DNA of 64,000 nucleotides from Ignavibacteriota bacterium (GCA_963801355.1 CAWDEM010000008.1:96001-160000); one strand, 5' to 3'; positions 1 to 10,564 are shown, counted from the first letter of the stretch. Notes: generated by a model not told the origin, from the sequence alone. Made by a program: numbers and translations.

Positions 1-2
1 AT

Positions 3-482
3 CCGCAGACTGATTTTGCCGTGTATTTCGATGGATCGATTTCCGATGGAGCTGCCTCTTCGCTTTATGACGCCTTCAAGCCGTTGCTGGCGGATAAGAA
101 TGAAGTTGAGGCGGTGAATATGCTCCTGCGGTTTTCACAAACGGCTTTCGGCTATAAGGTCGACAAAGAATTGTTCGGACGCGAGAAACCGATGTTCCCG
201 GATGAGGTGCTCTATTATGACTATTCGAATTGCAAAGATCGGGCCATTCTGTTCGCGTATCTTGTACGACGGCTGACCGGGCTGGAAGTCGTGGGGCTTG
301 ACTATCCGGGGCACATCTCGACAGCCGTTCGATTTCGCGGGAACGTGCCGGGCGATGCCGTGCAGGTGCGGCGCGAGCGTTTCGTGATTTGCGACCCTAC
401 GTATATCAATGCTAACGCCGGCATGTGCATGCCGCAATTCCAGGGAGTTCAACCGTCCATTATCACCCTGAGGAAACCCTAG
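3..482 (+). CDS. Partial (5'-truncated) transglutaminase-like hypothetical protein
   Basis: Frame open from window edge; C-x-D-R (SNCKDRAILF), PGHI and CDPTY motifs give a Cys-His-Asp-like triad. Confidence 0.6.
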   Translation, partial: PQTDFAVYFDGSISDGAASSLYDAFKPLLADKNEVEAVNMLLRFSQTAFGYKVDKELFGREKPMFPDEVLYYDYSNCKDRAILFAYLVRRLTGLEVVGLDYPGHISTAVRFRGNVPGDAVQVRRERFVICDPTYINANAGMCMPQFQGVQPSIITLRKP

Positions 483-530
483 AAACGCAAAACGCCATTG
501 TTGGCGCATTCCTGCCCGCAAGGAGAATCC

Positions 531-2558
531 ATGATTTCCCGTGCAGCTTTCATCCCACTGACTTTCTGTTTCCTCTTGGGTCTCCAGAATGCTCCGGCTG
601 CTCCCCCCGATGAGGGGGTCTTTTTCGATCCGCACGCCGTGGCCCGCTACCGGGCACTGTATGCCGGCAATCCTCTCTTCTCCGTTCTGAGAAAGGATAT
701 GGACACTGTTGACCGTGCGCGGGAACGGAAATTCTTGCGTTCGGAGGTGCGCTATAATGACCATCTGTATGATATCTCCCGGGTCGGAAATCTTGCGCAA
801 CAGATGGCGTTGCTCTATGTGTACGCCGGCGACGCCGATGCTGCGGCCCTCGCGCAGGAGTGTGTGGAGACCCTGATGAAGTTTCCGAAGTGGGATTATT
901 TCCTGGAGGCGGGGACCGACGTTATCGGCTTTCAGCGCGCACCGAATTCTGCTATCGCGGTCGCGATCGTCGTCGAAGCTCTCGGAGAGCGCATCCCCCT
1001 GGCGCTGCGCAAACGCTGGCTCGCGACGATGGCGGAACGTGGTACAGAACCGTGCTACCGCGCTGTCTATGGAATGCGCCACCCGGAGCAGGTGAAGGGG
1101 TGGTCGGTGGACACAACGAGCACGTATTTCATGCACCGCCCCCTGGATCGGGGCCTCAGTCTTGCACGGTGGCCGATGATCCTCAATATCAACAATCTCA
1201 AAGCAGTCCCGGCTTCTGCAGTTGCGCTTTCGGCGCTGGTCTACAGAGAATACTATGGTGAAACCGCCGACACGAAGAGGTGGTTGGAACAGGCGGCGCA
1301 TAGCATCCGGACGTTCCGGGACATCTACAAGCGGGACGGATCGTACGACGAAGGGATTTCGTACGCCCATTACACCACGTTGCACATCATCCAGGCCGTT
1401 GAGGCTTTTCGCCGTACGGGTGTTGCGGACCTGACCGACCTCCTCAATTGGAACGGCTATCAGGACTTCCTCGTCGAAATGACACTGCCTGCACAGGACG
1501 ACCCCAGCGCCATCGTGAATTTCAGTGACGCCAGCACGGGGGCGCATGCATCACCCTCCTTCTGGATTGCCAGGCAGACGAGAGATGGCCTGGCACGCTG
1601 GTTCGGCGAAAACCTTGCACATTCACGGGATATGTGGTCTGTGCTCTATTACGATCCGACCGTCCCCCTCATCCCGCCGCCCCAGAGGACCCATCTGTGG
1701 CTATCGGATCTGGGTTGGATCGTCGGACGGACTGGGTACCAGCCGGCCGATCTTGTGGTTGCCATGCGGAGCGGGGATGCGTACAACCACGAGCACGCGG
1801 ACCGCAACGGCCTCATCTTCAAATGCTTTGGCGAACGACTGGTCGTGGACCCCATGCGGCCTCCATACAGCTTCAGGGATCCTGCCTGGAAAATGCGGCT
1901 GACAGGGGGACACAGTTGCGTGTTGATTGATGGGAAGGGGCATCAATACGTCGATGGACATGACGGGACAAATGCATCGCAGGCGTCGGCAACGATCATA
2001 CGGGCAGGAGAGCGGGATGGGTACTTCTACTGGACGAGCGACGCGACTCGTGCATATGCCCTTGTGCTCCCCGACGTCCATTCTGTCACACGAACAGTTG
2101 TGACGCTCACGGATCCTCCTGCTCTCGTCGTTGTCGACAAGATCATAAAGAGCAGCGAACCTTCAAACGTTCAGGCTCGTTTCTACGCATACAATTCGGA
2201 TGGGAAAGGGACTGTTGCTGCCACGCAGGACGCATTCACGGTGACGAGGCCGTACGCCCGTCTCGTTGGCATTGCCTCATCCGAATCAGGCGTCACGTAT
2301 ACGTCAGCACTACCTGATATTCCCGCCGCACAAGCGCAGCTCTACCCGTTTGCCGAAGTGGGAACCGTGAAGCCGGGGAACGAGATCTGTCTGGTAACGG
2401 TGCTCCTGCCGACTCCGTCGGGCGCGGTCATCGGGACTGCGTCGGTCACGAGGGATGGGTTGATTTACACCGCCCACATTTCCGCTGGCACTCGCTCTGC
2501 ATCGGTGAGAATCATCGATTCTGGAGCAGTACCGGAGTTTCAGGTGGGAGGGGAGTAG
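531..2558 (+). CDS. Exported heparinase II/III-like (polysaccharide lyase-type) protein
   Basis: Signal peptide MISRAAFIPLTFCFLLG; DGSYDEGISY, NFSD, NHEHADRNG..LVVDP and GHSCVLIDG motifs. Confidence 0.75.
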   Translation: MISRAAFIPLTFCFLLGLQNAPAAPPDEGVFFDPHAVARYRALYAGNPLFSVLRKDMDTVDRARERKFLRSEVRYNDHLYDISRVGNLAQQMALLYVYAGDADAAALAQECVETLMKFPKWDYFLEAGTDVIGFQRAPNSAIAVAIVVEALGERIPLALRKRWLATMAERGTEPCYRAVYGMRHPEQVKGWSVDTTSTYFMHRPLDRGLSLARWPMILNINNLKAVPASAVALSALVYREYYGETADTKRWLEQAAHSIRTFRDIYKRDGSYDEGISYAHYTTLHIIQAVEAFRRTGVADLTDLLNWNGYQDFLVEMTLPAQDDPSAIVNFSDASTGAHASPSFWIARQTRDGLARWFGENLAHSRDMWSVLYYDPTVPLIPPPQRTHLWLSDLGWIVGRTGYQPADLVVAMRSGDAYNHEHADRNGLIFKCFGERLVVDPMRPPYSFRDPAWKMRLTGGHSCVLIDGKGHQYVDGHDGTNASQASATIIRAGERDGYFYWTSDATRAYALVLPDVHSVTRTVVTLTDPPALVVVDKIIKSSEPSNVQARFYAYNSDGKGTVAATQDAFTVTRPYARLVGIASSESGVTYTSALPDIPAAQAQLYPFAEVGTVKPGNEICLVTVLLPTPSGAVIGTASVTRDGLIYTAHISAGTRSASVRIIDSGAVPEFQVGGE

Positions 2559-2562
2559 ACCG

Positions 2563-4023
2563 CTACTTGGTCTGCTGAACGATCTGCTTGAGTTTGTCGC
2601 CTTTCTTGAGCTTCGTTGACGGTTCCGCCTGATTGGCAAGAGCCACCGTGGCAAGCGGGACCTCGGAGGGATACCGTTTATCGAACTGCTCGAGCGTCAT
2701 TGCCTCCGGCAGAGTGACAATTTTGACTTTCATGGGTTTCACGTTGAGCGCCTGGTCATCGGTCAGACGGCTGAAGCTATGAGCCGCACCCGTGACGGCA
2801 GTCTGGTACCCCGACCATGCTTGCTGTGCGCTATAGCCGAGAATCTGAAAGACTTTCCCATCATACTCGATAAAAGTTGCGCTGCCCGCAAGAGCGCCAT
2901 TATCCGTAGTGGCGGAGAATGTCCCGACCACGGAGCGTAGACCATTGATGGACAAAGACTGCCGCGAACCTGCGGAAACGCCTTGTTGTGCAAAGAAACC
3001 GCTCGACGCCGAGTCCGCCGATTTGGTGTTGGCTAGCGTCAACTGCAGTATCGCATCCTCCGATTCGCTCTGGCCGATCACCGCCTGCTTCTGGTTCGCG
3101 GTTTTCCAGCCCTGCGGAAAATCAACGCGAAATTTGAGATCAGGGTGATAGAAAGTACTTCCCTTGAAATATCCTTCGCGCGGATTATCACCGAAGGTCA
3201 ATCCATTGAGGCGGTTAAGGTATCCAGGCTGGTCGACCTTCGCGTAGACGGGCTTCATCTGCATCGTGTCCATCTGGCTCCTGATATCCTCAGCACGGGT
3301 GGGAGGGCTCGGATGCGTTGACAACCATTCCGGAACGCGCCCGCCGCCGCTGGCCTCACTCACCCGCTCAAGCACATTCATGACCTGGATCAACTCGCTC
3401 GGATTTTGATTGATCCGCGCCATGTACCGTACGGCAAGATTGTCCGCCTGCGACTCATCGTCCCTGCTGAACTTCAGGAAGAGAATACTCAGCGCAGCGC
3501 TGGCCAGGTTGCCGTATTTTTGCATCTCCTCGGGCGCCAGAACCGTGCCGAGAACCATTCCCAGTTGGGCGAGCATCTGGTTTGACATGTTGTTGACCGA
3601 GTGTCTTGCAGTGACATGGCCAATCTCATGTGCTACAACCCCCGCGAGCTGTGTTTCGTTGTTCATATGTGCGAGCAATCCCCGGGTGACATAGATGTAG
3701 CCCCCGGGAAGTGCGAAGGCATTCACCACCGGATCATCGACAACTCGGAATGTCCAGGGAAGATTTGTGCGCTCCGTTCTTGCAGCGATGCGGGTTCCGA
3801 GCTCCTGGATATATCGCTGCAGTTCAGCATCATCATATGCGCCAAGCGATCCCTGGATTTCCCCATCATACTCCTTCCCCATGGCGATTTCCTGTGACTC
3901 ACTGACGAGACTCAGATGTCTCTCGCCTGTGGCCAGATTCGTGGTACACCCTGACGACCCCAGGCTGAATGCAGCCAGCGTGAGAATGAGTCCGGGACAA
4001 CTGAGAAGAAATCTGGTCTTCAT
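2563..4023 (-). CDS. M48 family zinc metalloprotease lipoprotein (BepA/YfgC-like)
   Basis: Lipobox SSGC; NAFALPGG, HEIGH, FSRDDESQAD and LSTHP motifs. Confidence 0.88.
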   Translation of the reverse strand: MKTRFLLSCPGLILTLAAFSLGSSGCTTNLATGERHLSLVSESQEIAMGKEYDGEIQGSLGAYDDAELQRYIQELGTRIAARTERTNLPWTFRVVDDPVVNAFALPGGYIYVTRGLLAHMNNETQLAGVVAHEIGHVTARHSVNNMSNQMLAQLGMVLGTVLAPEEMQKYGNLASAALSILFLKFSRDDESQADNLAVRYMARINQNPSELIQVMNVLERVSEASGGGRVPEWLSTHPSPPTRAEDIRSQMDTMQMKPVYAKVDQPGYLNRLNGLTFGDNPREGYFKGSTFYHPDLKFRVDFPQGWKTANQKQAVIGQSESEDAILQLTLANTKSADSASSGFFAQQGVSAGSRQSLSINGLRSVVGTFSATTDNGALAGSATFIEYDGKVFQILGYSAQQAWSGYQTAVTGAAHSFSRLTDDQALNVKPMKVKIVTLPEAMTLEQFDKRYPSEVPLATVALANQAEPSTKLKKGDKLKQIVQQTK

Positions 4024-4187
4024 TGTCTTTCCCTCCCATAGTGAGAAAAACACCATCGCTGATGTGTGACCTATAGAGACAGGAAGTGGATGCGCGAAAG
4101 CTTGCAAAGAAAAACGTGAATATCAACTATCCCGGGAATGTGGAGCATTGAGAATACTGAAGGAACTAAGGGAGAAACAAGGGCAAT

Positions 4188-5639
4188 TTACAGAGAAGGG
4201 GTTATCGCCCTTCGTGCGATCTCGTGTATCATCCGCCGGAAGATGAGCGCATGTACAGGGTAGATTCCGTACCAGTATGCGGGGCCTGCGAGCCCGGCCG
4301 GATGAAATATTGCCGTCTGTCTGATCGTCGACCCCCCGTCGACGGGTTTCACTTCATACTCGAGCCATGCCCTGCCCGGAACCTTCATCTCGGCGGCAAG
4401 GCGGAGATGGAAGGGGGGATCGTACGCCTCAACCCGCCAGAAGTCGAGCGGGTCGCCCACCCGAAGCTCCCGATCGGGCCGCCCCCGTCTCATCCCAACG
4501 CCTCCCACCACCAGGTCCATCGCCCCTCGCAACCTCCAGAGAAGACCATACGCATACCATCCGTTCTTCCCGCCGAGAGCCTGTACAGGCGCAAACGCCT
4601 TTTCGGGGGGGACAGACACGGTGACGACGCGTGAATCGAAAATCCGGTTCCCCAGACGCACACCGCCGAAGGGAGCGGATCCCGACGAAGAAAGAGCGTC
4701 CGACCAGCGTGTCTCAGCAAACTCGCGATCTTCGTTCCGTATTGCAGACGCTATTGCATCGGCTACTCCCAGGGGTTTGATTTCAAACAACTTCATCGCC
4801 GCGTGATCCCGCACGATCGTCGGATGGCGGATGCTGTCGATAAGCTTGCGCCCAACCCGAGCGTACAAGGGAGTAACGAGACCCAACCAGAGACTGCTCA
4901 GTCGCGGCGTCAGTACGGGAACCGGAATCAGCATGCGCCGGAGACCCCTCTGACGCGCGTATTCGACGATCAAATCCCGGTATGAGACAACATCCGCACC
5001 GCCAATTTCGATGACGGTACTTCCCGGCACGCTCACGTCCATCGACGCCACAAGGTAGCTCACCAGGTCCTCAATCCCAATCGGCTGAGCCACAACGCTC
5101 ACCCAGCGTGGCAGCAGCATGACCGGTAGGTGCTCCGCCAGAGAGCGCACCAGCTCGAACGAAAGGCTTCCCGATCCGATGACGATCGAAGCCCGCAGCT
5201 CGATGACGGGAATGCCGCTGGTGCGGAGGATCCGTCCAACCTCAAGCCTGCTCTGGAGATGAGGAGACAATCCCCCCTCATCGCTGGCAAGTCCTCCCAG
5301 ATAGATGATGCGCTTGAGTGATGAATGCTGTGCAGCGTTGGCAAAGTTCGTCGAACCGAGACGGTCCTGTTCTTCAAAGGACTCCGCGGATCCCATGGAA
5401 TGGACCAGGTAAAAAGCAGTATCGCATCCTTCAAAGACCCCAACCAGCGAAGAAGGATTCAGAACGTCACCGGTCACGACGGCACCGGGTGGCTTGATCC
5501 TGGCCATGAGGTATTCAGGTCTCCTGGCCAGACACCGGACGTTGTGTCCGGCGGACGTGAGAGCCGCGAGGAGTCTCCCGCCGACATAGCCGGTGGCACC
5601 CGCCAACAGGATTCGATGGTGATGTTCGCCGTTCTTCAT
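4188..5639 (-). CDS. NAD(P)-binding SDR oxidoreductase with C-terminal DUF2867-like domain (YbjT-like)
   Basis: GATGYVG Rossmann motif; IGSGSLSFE; DFWRVE..LRLAAEMKVPGRAWLE. Confidence 0.85.
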   Translation of the reverse strand: MKNGEHHHRILLAGATGYVGGRLLAALTSAGHNVRCLARRPEYLMARIKPPGAVVTGDVLNPSSLVGVFEGCDTAFYLVHSMGSAESFEEQDRLGSTNFANAAQHSSLKRIIYLGGLASDEGGLSPHLQSRLEVGRILRTSGIPVIELRASIVIGSGSLSFELVRSLAEHLPVMLLPRWVSVVAQPIGIEDLVSYLVASMDVSVPGSTVIEIGGADVVSYRDLIVEYARQRGLRRMLIPVPVLTPRLSSLWLGLVTPLYARVGRKLIDSIRHPTIVRDHAAMKLFEIKPLGVADAIASAIRNEDREFAETRWSDALSSSGSAPFGGVRLGNRIFDSRVVTVSVPPEKAFAPVQALGGKNGWYAYGLLWRLRGAMDLVVGGVGMRRGRPDRELRVGDPLDFWRVEAYDPPFHLRLAAEMKVPGRAWLEYEVKPVDGGSTIRQTAIFHPAGLAGPAYWYGIYPVHALIFRRMIHEIARRAITPSL

Positions 5640-5873
5640 ATATCATGCCCTTTGGAAAGGTACTCACTATTTCCGTCAACTCTCAAGAAAAGATACTGTT
5701 CGGTGATTATGATCGGTACTCTGAGGAATTGAACGAGTTAGGCGTCCGTCAACCGCGCAGGCAACAAAATGTCCAACTTTTTCGTATTTTAGGGCAACGA
5801 GGAATGGGTCGTTGACGGAGACAAATCTCCGCACCTTTTCCAGGCACTACTATCCATCAGACCGGAGCCCTCC

Positions 5874-6437
5874 ATGATTCTTCTTGTGGTGTTAGGCATA
5901 CTCCTCCTGCTTCTCTTCTGGGGAATCGGGCAGTACAACAAGCTGGTCACGTTGCGCAATCAGGTCCAGAACGGCTGGAAGCAAATCGATGTGCAATTGA
6001 AACGCCGGCACGATCTGATACCGAATCTCGTCAATACGGTGAAGGGATACATGCAGTACGAGCAGGAAACGCTGGACAAGGTGATTCAGGCGCGGAATGC
6101 CGCAACTACGGCGTCCGGGATCGCTGACTCGGCGGCCAAGGAAAATGCTCTCACCGGGGCACTCGGCCGGCTCTTCGCCCTCGCGGAAAACTACCCCACT
6201 TTGAAGGCGAGCGAAAACGTGAAGCAGCTTCAGGAGGAGCTCTCGAGCACCGAAAACAAGATCGGATTCGCCCGTCAGTTCTTCAACGATATCGCGACGA
6301 AATTCAACATCGCGCAACAGGTTTTTCCCGCCAACTTCATCGCGCGCATGTTCGATTTCAAACCCTCGGAGCTTTTCGAGGTGACCGAAGCGACGGAACG
6401 GGCCGTGCCGAATGTCGATCTTTCTCTGAAAAAGTAG
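5874..6437 (+). CDS. lemA: LemA family protein
   Basis: N-terminal TM; IDVQLKRRHDLIPNLV, AENYPTLKA, ENKIGFARQ. Confidence 0.93.
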   Translation: MILLVVLGILLLLLFWGIGQYNKLVTLRNQVQNGWKQIDVQLKRRHDLIPNLVNTVKGYMQYEQETLDKVIQARNAATTASGIADSAAKENALTGALGRLFALAENYPTLKASENVKQLQEELSSTENKIGFARQFFNDIATKFNIAQQVFPANFIARMFDFKPSELFEVTEATERAVPNVDLSLKK

Positions 6438-6447
6438 CAGCCAACAG

Positions 6448-7434
6448 ATGCCTCTCGTCCCGAGAAACATCTTCGAACAGCAGGCTCACAACAAGAGGCT
6501 GACTGTTCTGGTGCTCGTCGGTTTCGTCCTCTTCGTCGGATTTCTGGGATTCGGACTGGATCTGTTTCTGTCCGGTTTCGCTCTAGAGAGTGATGAGGAG
6601 ATGGGCTTTCCGGTCCCGGTGGCGACGGTAGTGGCCATGTCGATTGCAGGGATCGGTGCAGTCCGCAGTGCGCGAAACGGCGATGCCGCTGTTCTGGCTT
6701 CAGCCACCGCAGTTCCGGTACAGGAAGACGATCCCAAGTACCGCCAGCTCATCAACATCGTCGACGAGATGGCGATCGCTGCAGGTGTGCCCCGGCCGAA
6801 GGTCTATGCTGTGCCCGACCCGGACCCCAATGCGTTCGCCACGGGTCGGGATCCGGCGCACGCATCTATCGCGGTCACAGAGGGGCTTGTGGAACGGCTG
6901 ACCCGCGACGAGCTCCAGGCGGTCGTCGCTCATGAGATGAGTCACATCCGCAACTACGACATCCGGCTGATGACCGTCGTTGCCTCCCTCATCGGAACTG
7001 TCTTGCTCATCACGGAATTCGGAACGCGGATGCTCCGGTTCGGTGGAGGGAGGGGAGGGAAGAAAGACTCGAAGGGGGGAGGAGGAGGGCTCGGGATTTT
7101 GATGCTGGTATGGGTCGTTGCGCTCATCCTGGCACCCATCATCTCCCAACTCCTCGCCATGGCGGTCTCACGTCAGCGGGAGTTCCTTGCCGACGCCTCC
7201 GGTGCGGAGTTGACCCGCAATCCGATCGCACTTGCCGCAGCACTGCAGAAAATCACAGACGCAGACGAACCCACTAAGGCAATAAAACAGGGGACCGCCC
7301 ATCTCTGTATTGCAGATCCCCTGGGGCGCACAGCCAACGAACGGGAGGGGTTCATGGCAGACCTCCTGGGTACTCATCCGCCGGTGGAAAAGCGGATCAC
7401 ACTTCTTAAAGCGATGGCCTACCAGCACGGTTGA
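6448..7434 (+). CDS. htpX: HtpX-like M48 membrane zinc protease
   Basis: PNAFATG, HEMSH, SRQREFLADA, THPP; follows lemA. Confidence 0.88.
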   Translation: MPLVPRNIFEQQAHNKRLTVLVLVGFVLFVGFLGFGLDLFLSGFALESDEEMGFPVPVATVVAMSIAGIGAVRSARNGDAAVLASATAVPVQEDDPKYRQLINIVDEMAIAAGVPRPKVYAVPDPDPNAFATGRDPAHASIAVTEGLVERLTRDELQAVVAHEMSHIRNYDIRLMTVVASLIGTVLLITEFGTRMLRFGGGRGGKKDSKGGGGGLGILMLVWVVALILAPIISQLLAMAVSRQREFLADASGAELTRNPIALAAALQKITDADEPTKAIKQGTAHLCIADPLGRTANEREGFMADLLGTHPPVEKRITLLKAMAYQHG

Positions 7435-7650
7435 CAGTCGACATATCGACTCCCATGCCACCGACCTCGTCGTGAGCCCATCCTCCGCTCCAGGTCATCA
7501 CGGGCTCCCGGCGCCTGGCCATCGTGTACAATTGCTCCTGCCGAATTGCCATAGAGATGTGGATTCTCCGATTCTTCTTGTGTAAATTCGAGCTGCCAAA
7601 CCTCAACCGGACCTCTCGTCGTCGAACATCATGCACACACGGAGCAGACC

Positions 7651-8922
7651 ATGCCTACGGCAGCCGAAATCACAGAATTGGGAAACGACGCCCAAACGTA
7701 CCTGACGAAATCACTCCTTCCCTTCTGGATGGAACGCTCGCCCGACCCTGCCTACGGAGGATTTCTCCCTTTTTTTGATCGCCACGGCAAGCCGACGGGG
7801 GAGACCGAGAAGACATTCCTCTCGCAAATCCGGATGCTGTACACCATGTCAAGTGCCCACCGCGCCGGCTACGGCAACGGCCGCTGCGCCGAACTCGCGG
7901 ATATGTGTGCGCGGTTCATCCTCGATCATTACTGGGATACCACACACGGCGGGTGGTACTGGATCGCGGATCGACAGGGAAACCCGACCAACAAATCCAA
8001 AGTGGGATACGGACACTGCTTCGGGATTTACGCCTTCAGCGAGTATTTTCTTGCAACTGGAAATGCCGAGGGCAAGAAAGCGGCGAATGCGACCTACCAG
8101 GTCGTCTGCGAACATATGGTGGACACACGGCACGGGGGTTTCATCGAGCTCATGCAGCAGGATTGGCAGCCCGACCGCCCGGGCCGCTTCGGCGGGGATC
8201 GGAAGAGCCTGGATGTGCACATGCATATGATGGAGGCATTGACGACCTACTACGAAATGACCGGACATCCCACGCACCGGCGTCGGCTGCTGGAAATCAT
8301 CGACCTCCTGGTTTCTAAAATGCTCCGCCCTGGATCGGGAACAGGGTATTCCCAATTCACCTACAGCTTCGAACCCCTGCCTGCGATCATTTTCGCGACG
8401 ACATGGGGCCGCGACGCAAAACCCGACGAAGGTGACATTCACCCGATTAACTTCACTTCCTACGGTCACAACGTTGAGCTTGCCTGGCTCCTCATGCATG
8501 CAGGTGATGTCCTCGGACAGGGACGGGCTACCTATGAGCCGATCCTCAGGAACATGTGCGATCACTGCATCCGCTTCGGTGTGGACCACACCTACGGCGG
8601 TGTGTACTGCGAAGGACCGGATCAGTCACCAACGACACACACACAGAAGCAATTCTGGCAGCAGGGAGAAGCCCTTGTAGGTATGCTTGACGCCTATCTC
8701 TCGTTCCGGGAAGAACGATACTGGGCCGCATTCCGGAATATCTGGGACTTTGTTTTTGCCCACATGGTCAACATGGAGGGCGGAGGAGAATGGTATGAGC
8801 GGGTGGACCGCGAAGGGAATGTGGTAGACGACGCCCTCGGTCACGGCTGGAAAGTGAACTACCACACTGTGCGGTCCATGATTCAAGTGATACGGCGGCT
8901 GCACAAGATCACGGCTGCGTAG
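7651..8922 (+). CDS. AGE-family epimerase (cellobiose/N-acylglucosamine 2-epimerase-like)
   Basis: LLPFW..DPAYGGF, QIRMLY, HMHMMEA, SYGHNVE, FWQQGE, WKVNYH. Confidence 0.85.
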   Translation: MPTAAEITELGNDAQTYLTKSLLPFWMERSPDPAYGGFLPFFDRHGKPTGETEKTFLSQIRMLYTMSSAHRAGYGNGRCAELADMCARFILDHYWDTTHGGWYWIADRQGNPTNKSKVGYGHCFGIYAFSEYFLATGNAEGKKAANATYQVVCEHMVDTRHGGFIELMQQDWQPDRPGRFGGDRKSLDVHMHMMEALTTYYEMTGHPTHRRRLLEIIDLLVSKMLRPGSGTGYSQFTYSFEPLPAIIFATTWGRDAKPDEGDIHPINFTSYGHNVELAWLLMHAGDVLGQGRATYEPILRNMCDHCIRFGVDHTYGGVYCEGPDQSPTTHTQKQFWQQGEALVGMLDAYLSFREERYWAAFRNIWDFVFAHMVNMEGGGEWYERVDREGNVVDDALGHGWKVNYHTVRSMIQVIRRLHKITAA

Positions 8923-8940
8923 CTGTTGAACGGAGTCACC

Positions 8941-10545
8941 ATGACGAATTCTCTCTCCCCTGCCGACATGGTCATCATCGCCGCGTATTTTACCGCAGTG
9001 CTTTCCGTCGGCTTCTATTTCCGTAAGCGGACAAAAAGCCCAACAGAGTACTTTCTTGCCGGCCGGAATGTGGGCTGGATTGCGATAGGAGCATCGCTCT
9101 TTGCCACCAACATCTCCAGTGAACACTTCCTCGGGCTGGCAGGGACAGGTTCAAAATCGGGGCTGGCGGTAGGGCAATTCGAGTGGCTCGCTATCCTGAT
9201 CCTTCTGCTCCTGGGTTGGGTGTTCACTCCATTTTATCTTCGCTCGGGCGTCTTTACCATGCCAGAGTTCCTTGAGCGCCGTTTTGGTCCCGCTTCACGG
9301 TACTATCTCAGTTTTGTCTCCATCGTAGCATATATCCTCACGAAGATCTCCATATCACTCTATGCCGGAGGAATCCTTCTGCATGCAGTTGTCGGATGGG
9401 ATATGTATACGTCCGCTTTCGTGATAGTGGTTGCCACGGGCGCATATACTGTTCTGGGCGGACTTGCTGCGGTGATCTACACGGATCTCCTGCAGATGTT
9501 CATTCTCATCTTCGGATCGGTGATGCTCACGCTGATCGGACTTCAACAGGCAGGCGGCTGGGAGAGGGTGGTTGCCACGACACCCCCTGAGTTCTGGAGC
9601 ATGTTCAAACCGATGAACGACCCGGATTTCCCCTGGACGGGGATACTGCTCGGTGCACCCATCATGGGAATCTGGTACTGGTGCACCGATCAATATATCG
9701 TGCAGCGTGTCTTGAGCGCAAGGAATCTCGATCAGGCGCGGAGCGGGACAATATTCGCGGGATTCCTGAAGATCCTTCCGGTATTCATCCTGGTGCTGCC
9801 GGGCCTCATTGCCTACAGTCTCTCCAATGGCCAGGTCACCGGTGACAGGGCGTATGCCTGGATGGTGACAACACTGCTGCCGTCGGGCCTGAAAGGATTG
9901 GTGGTTGCCGGACTGCTGGCTGCGCTCATGTCGTCCCTCAGCGCAATGTTTAATTCCACATCGACCCTCTTGACGATCGACATCTTCAAACGTCTCAGAC
10001 CGCAGGCAGATGACGCCAGCGTCGTCCGCTTCGGCAGACTTTCAACAGGGGTCATGGTGGTTCTGGGGCTCCTCTGGATCCCCTTCATTGGCAAGATGAG
10101 TGACGAGCGGATGTTTGTCTACCTCCAGAGCGTTTCGGGATACATCGCCCCACCGATATCCGCCTGTTTCTTGTTTGGCATCCTCTGGAAAAGGGCAAAC
10201 GGACAGGGAGCCATGGCGTGCCTTCTCACGGGCCTTGTTCTCGGCGGTGCCCGCTTCATCCTTGAAATTCAGAACAAAATGTCGCCCCTGACATCGGATG
10301 TTCTCACGTTCATTGCTACGGTGAATTTCCTGCACTACGCGGCATTCCTGTTTCTTGTGTGTTCACTCGTTTTGATTTTTGTCAGCCTGGCGACCGCGCC
10401 GCCCGCGCGCGAACGGATCGTGAACCTGACCTTTGCAGAAGTTGACCGTTCACATGCGCTCGACACAAAGCGGAACGGCGTGAATGCGGCAGCTTCGGTT
10501 GTGCTGGTACTTATCCTGCTTTTCCTCTGGTGGACCTATAGATAG
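8941..10545 (+). CDS. Sodium:solute symporter (SGLT-like sugar transporter)
   Basis: YFLAGR, ASLFATNISSEHFLGLAG, WYWCTDQYIVQR, LAALMSSL; many TM helices. Confidence 0.92.
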   Translation: MTNSLSPADMVIIAAYFTAVLSVGFYFRKRTKSPTEYFLAGRNVGWIAIGASLFATNISSEHFLGLAGTGSKSGLAVGQFEWLAILILLLLGWVFTPFYLRSGVFTMPEFLERRFGPASRYYLSFVSIVAYILTKISISLYAGGILLHAVVGWDMYTSAFVIVVATGAYTVLGGLAAVIYTDLLQMFILIFGSVMLTLIGLQQAGGWERVVATTPPEFWSMFKPMNDPDFPWTGILLGAPIMGIWYWCTDQYIVQRVLSARNLDQARSGTIFAGFLKILPVFILVLPGLIAYSLSNGQVTGDRAYAWMVTTLLPSGLKGLVVAGLLAALMSSLSAMFNSTSTLLTIDIFKRLRPQADDASVVRFGRLSTGVMVVLGLLWIPFIGKMSDERMFVYLQSVSGYIAPPISACFLFGILWKRANGQGAMACLLTGLVLGGARFILEIQNKMSPLTSDVLTFIATVNFLHYAAFLFLVCSLVLIFVSLATAPPARERIVNLTFAEVDRSHALDTKRNGVNAAASVVLVLILLFLWWTYR

Positions 10546-10564
10546 GCATGGGGACTACGTGTGT

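Noticed and set aside
135-1547. 470-aa minus-strand ORF (and similar long antisense ORFs at 34962-36347, 49863-51020, 55033-56028)
   Set aside because: Antisense shadows of well-supported genes in GC-rich DNA; no recognisable motifs
7043-7095. G-rich tract in htpX (G-quadruplex or slippage candidate)
   Set aside because: Encodes the Gly-rich loop normal for HtpX; reading frame intact
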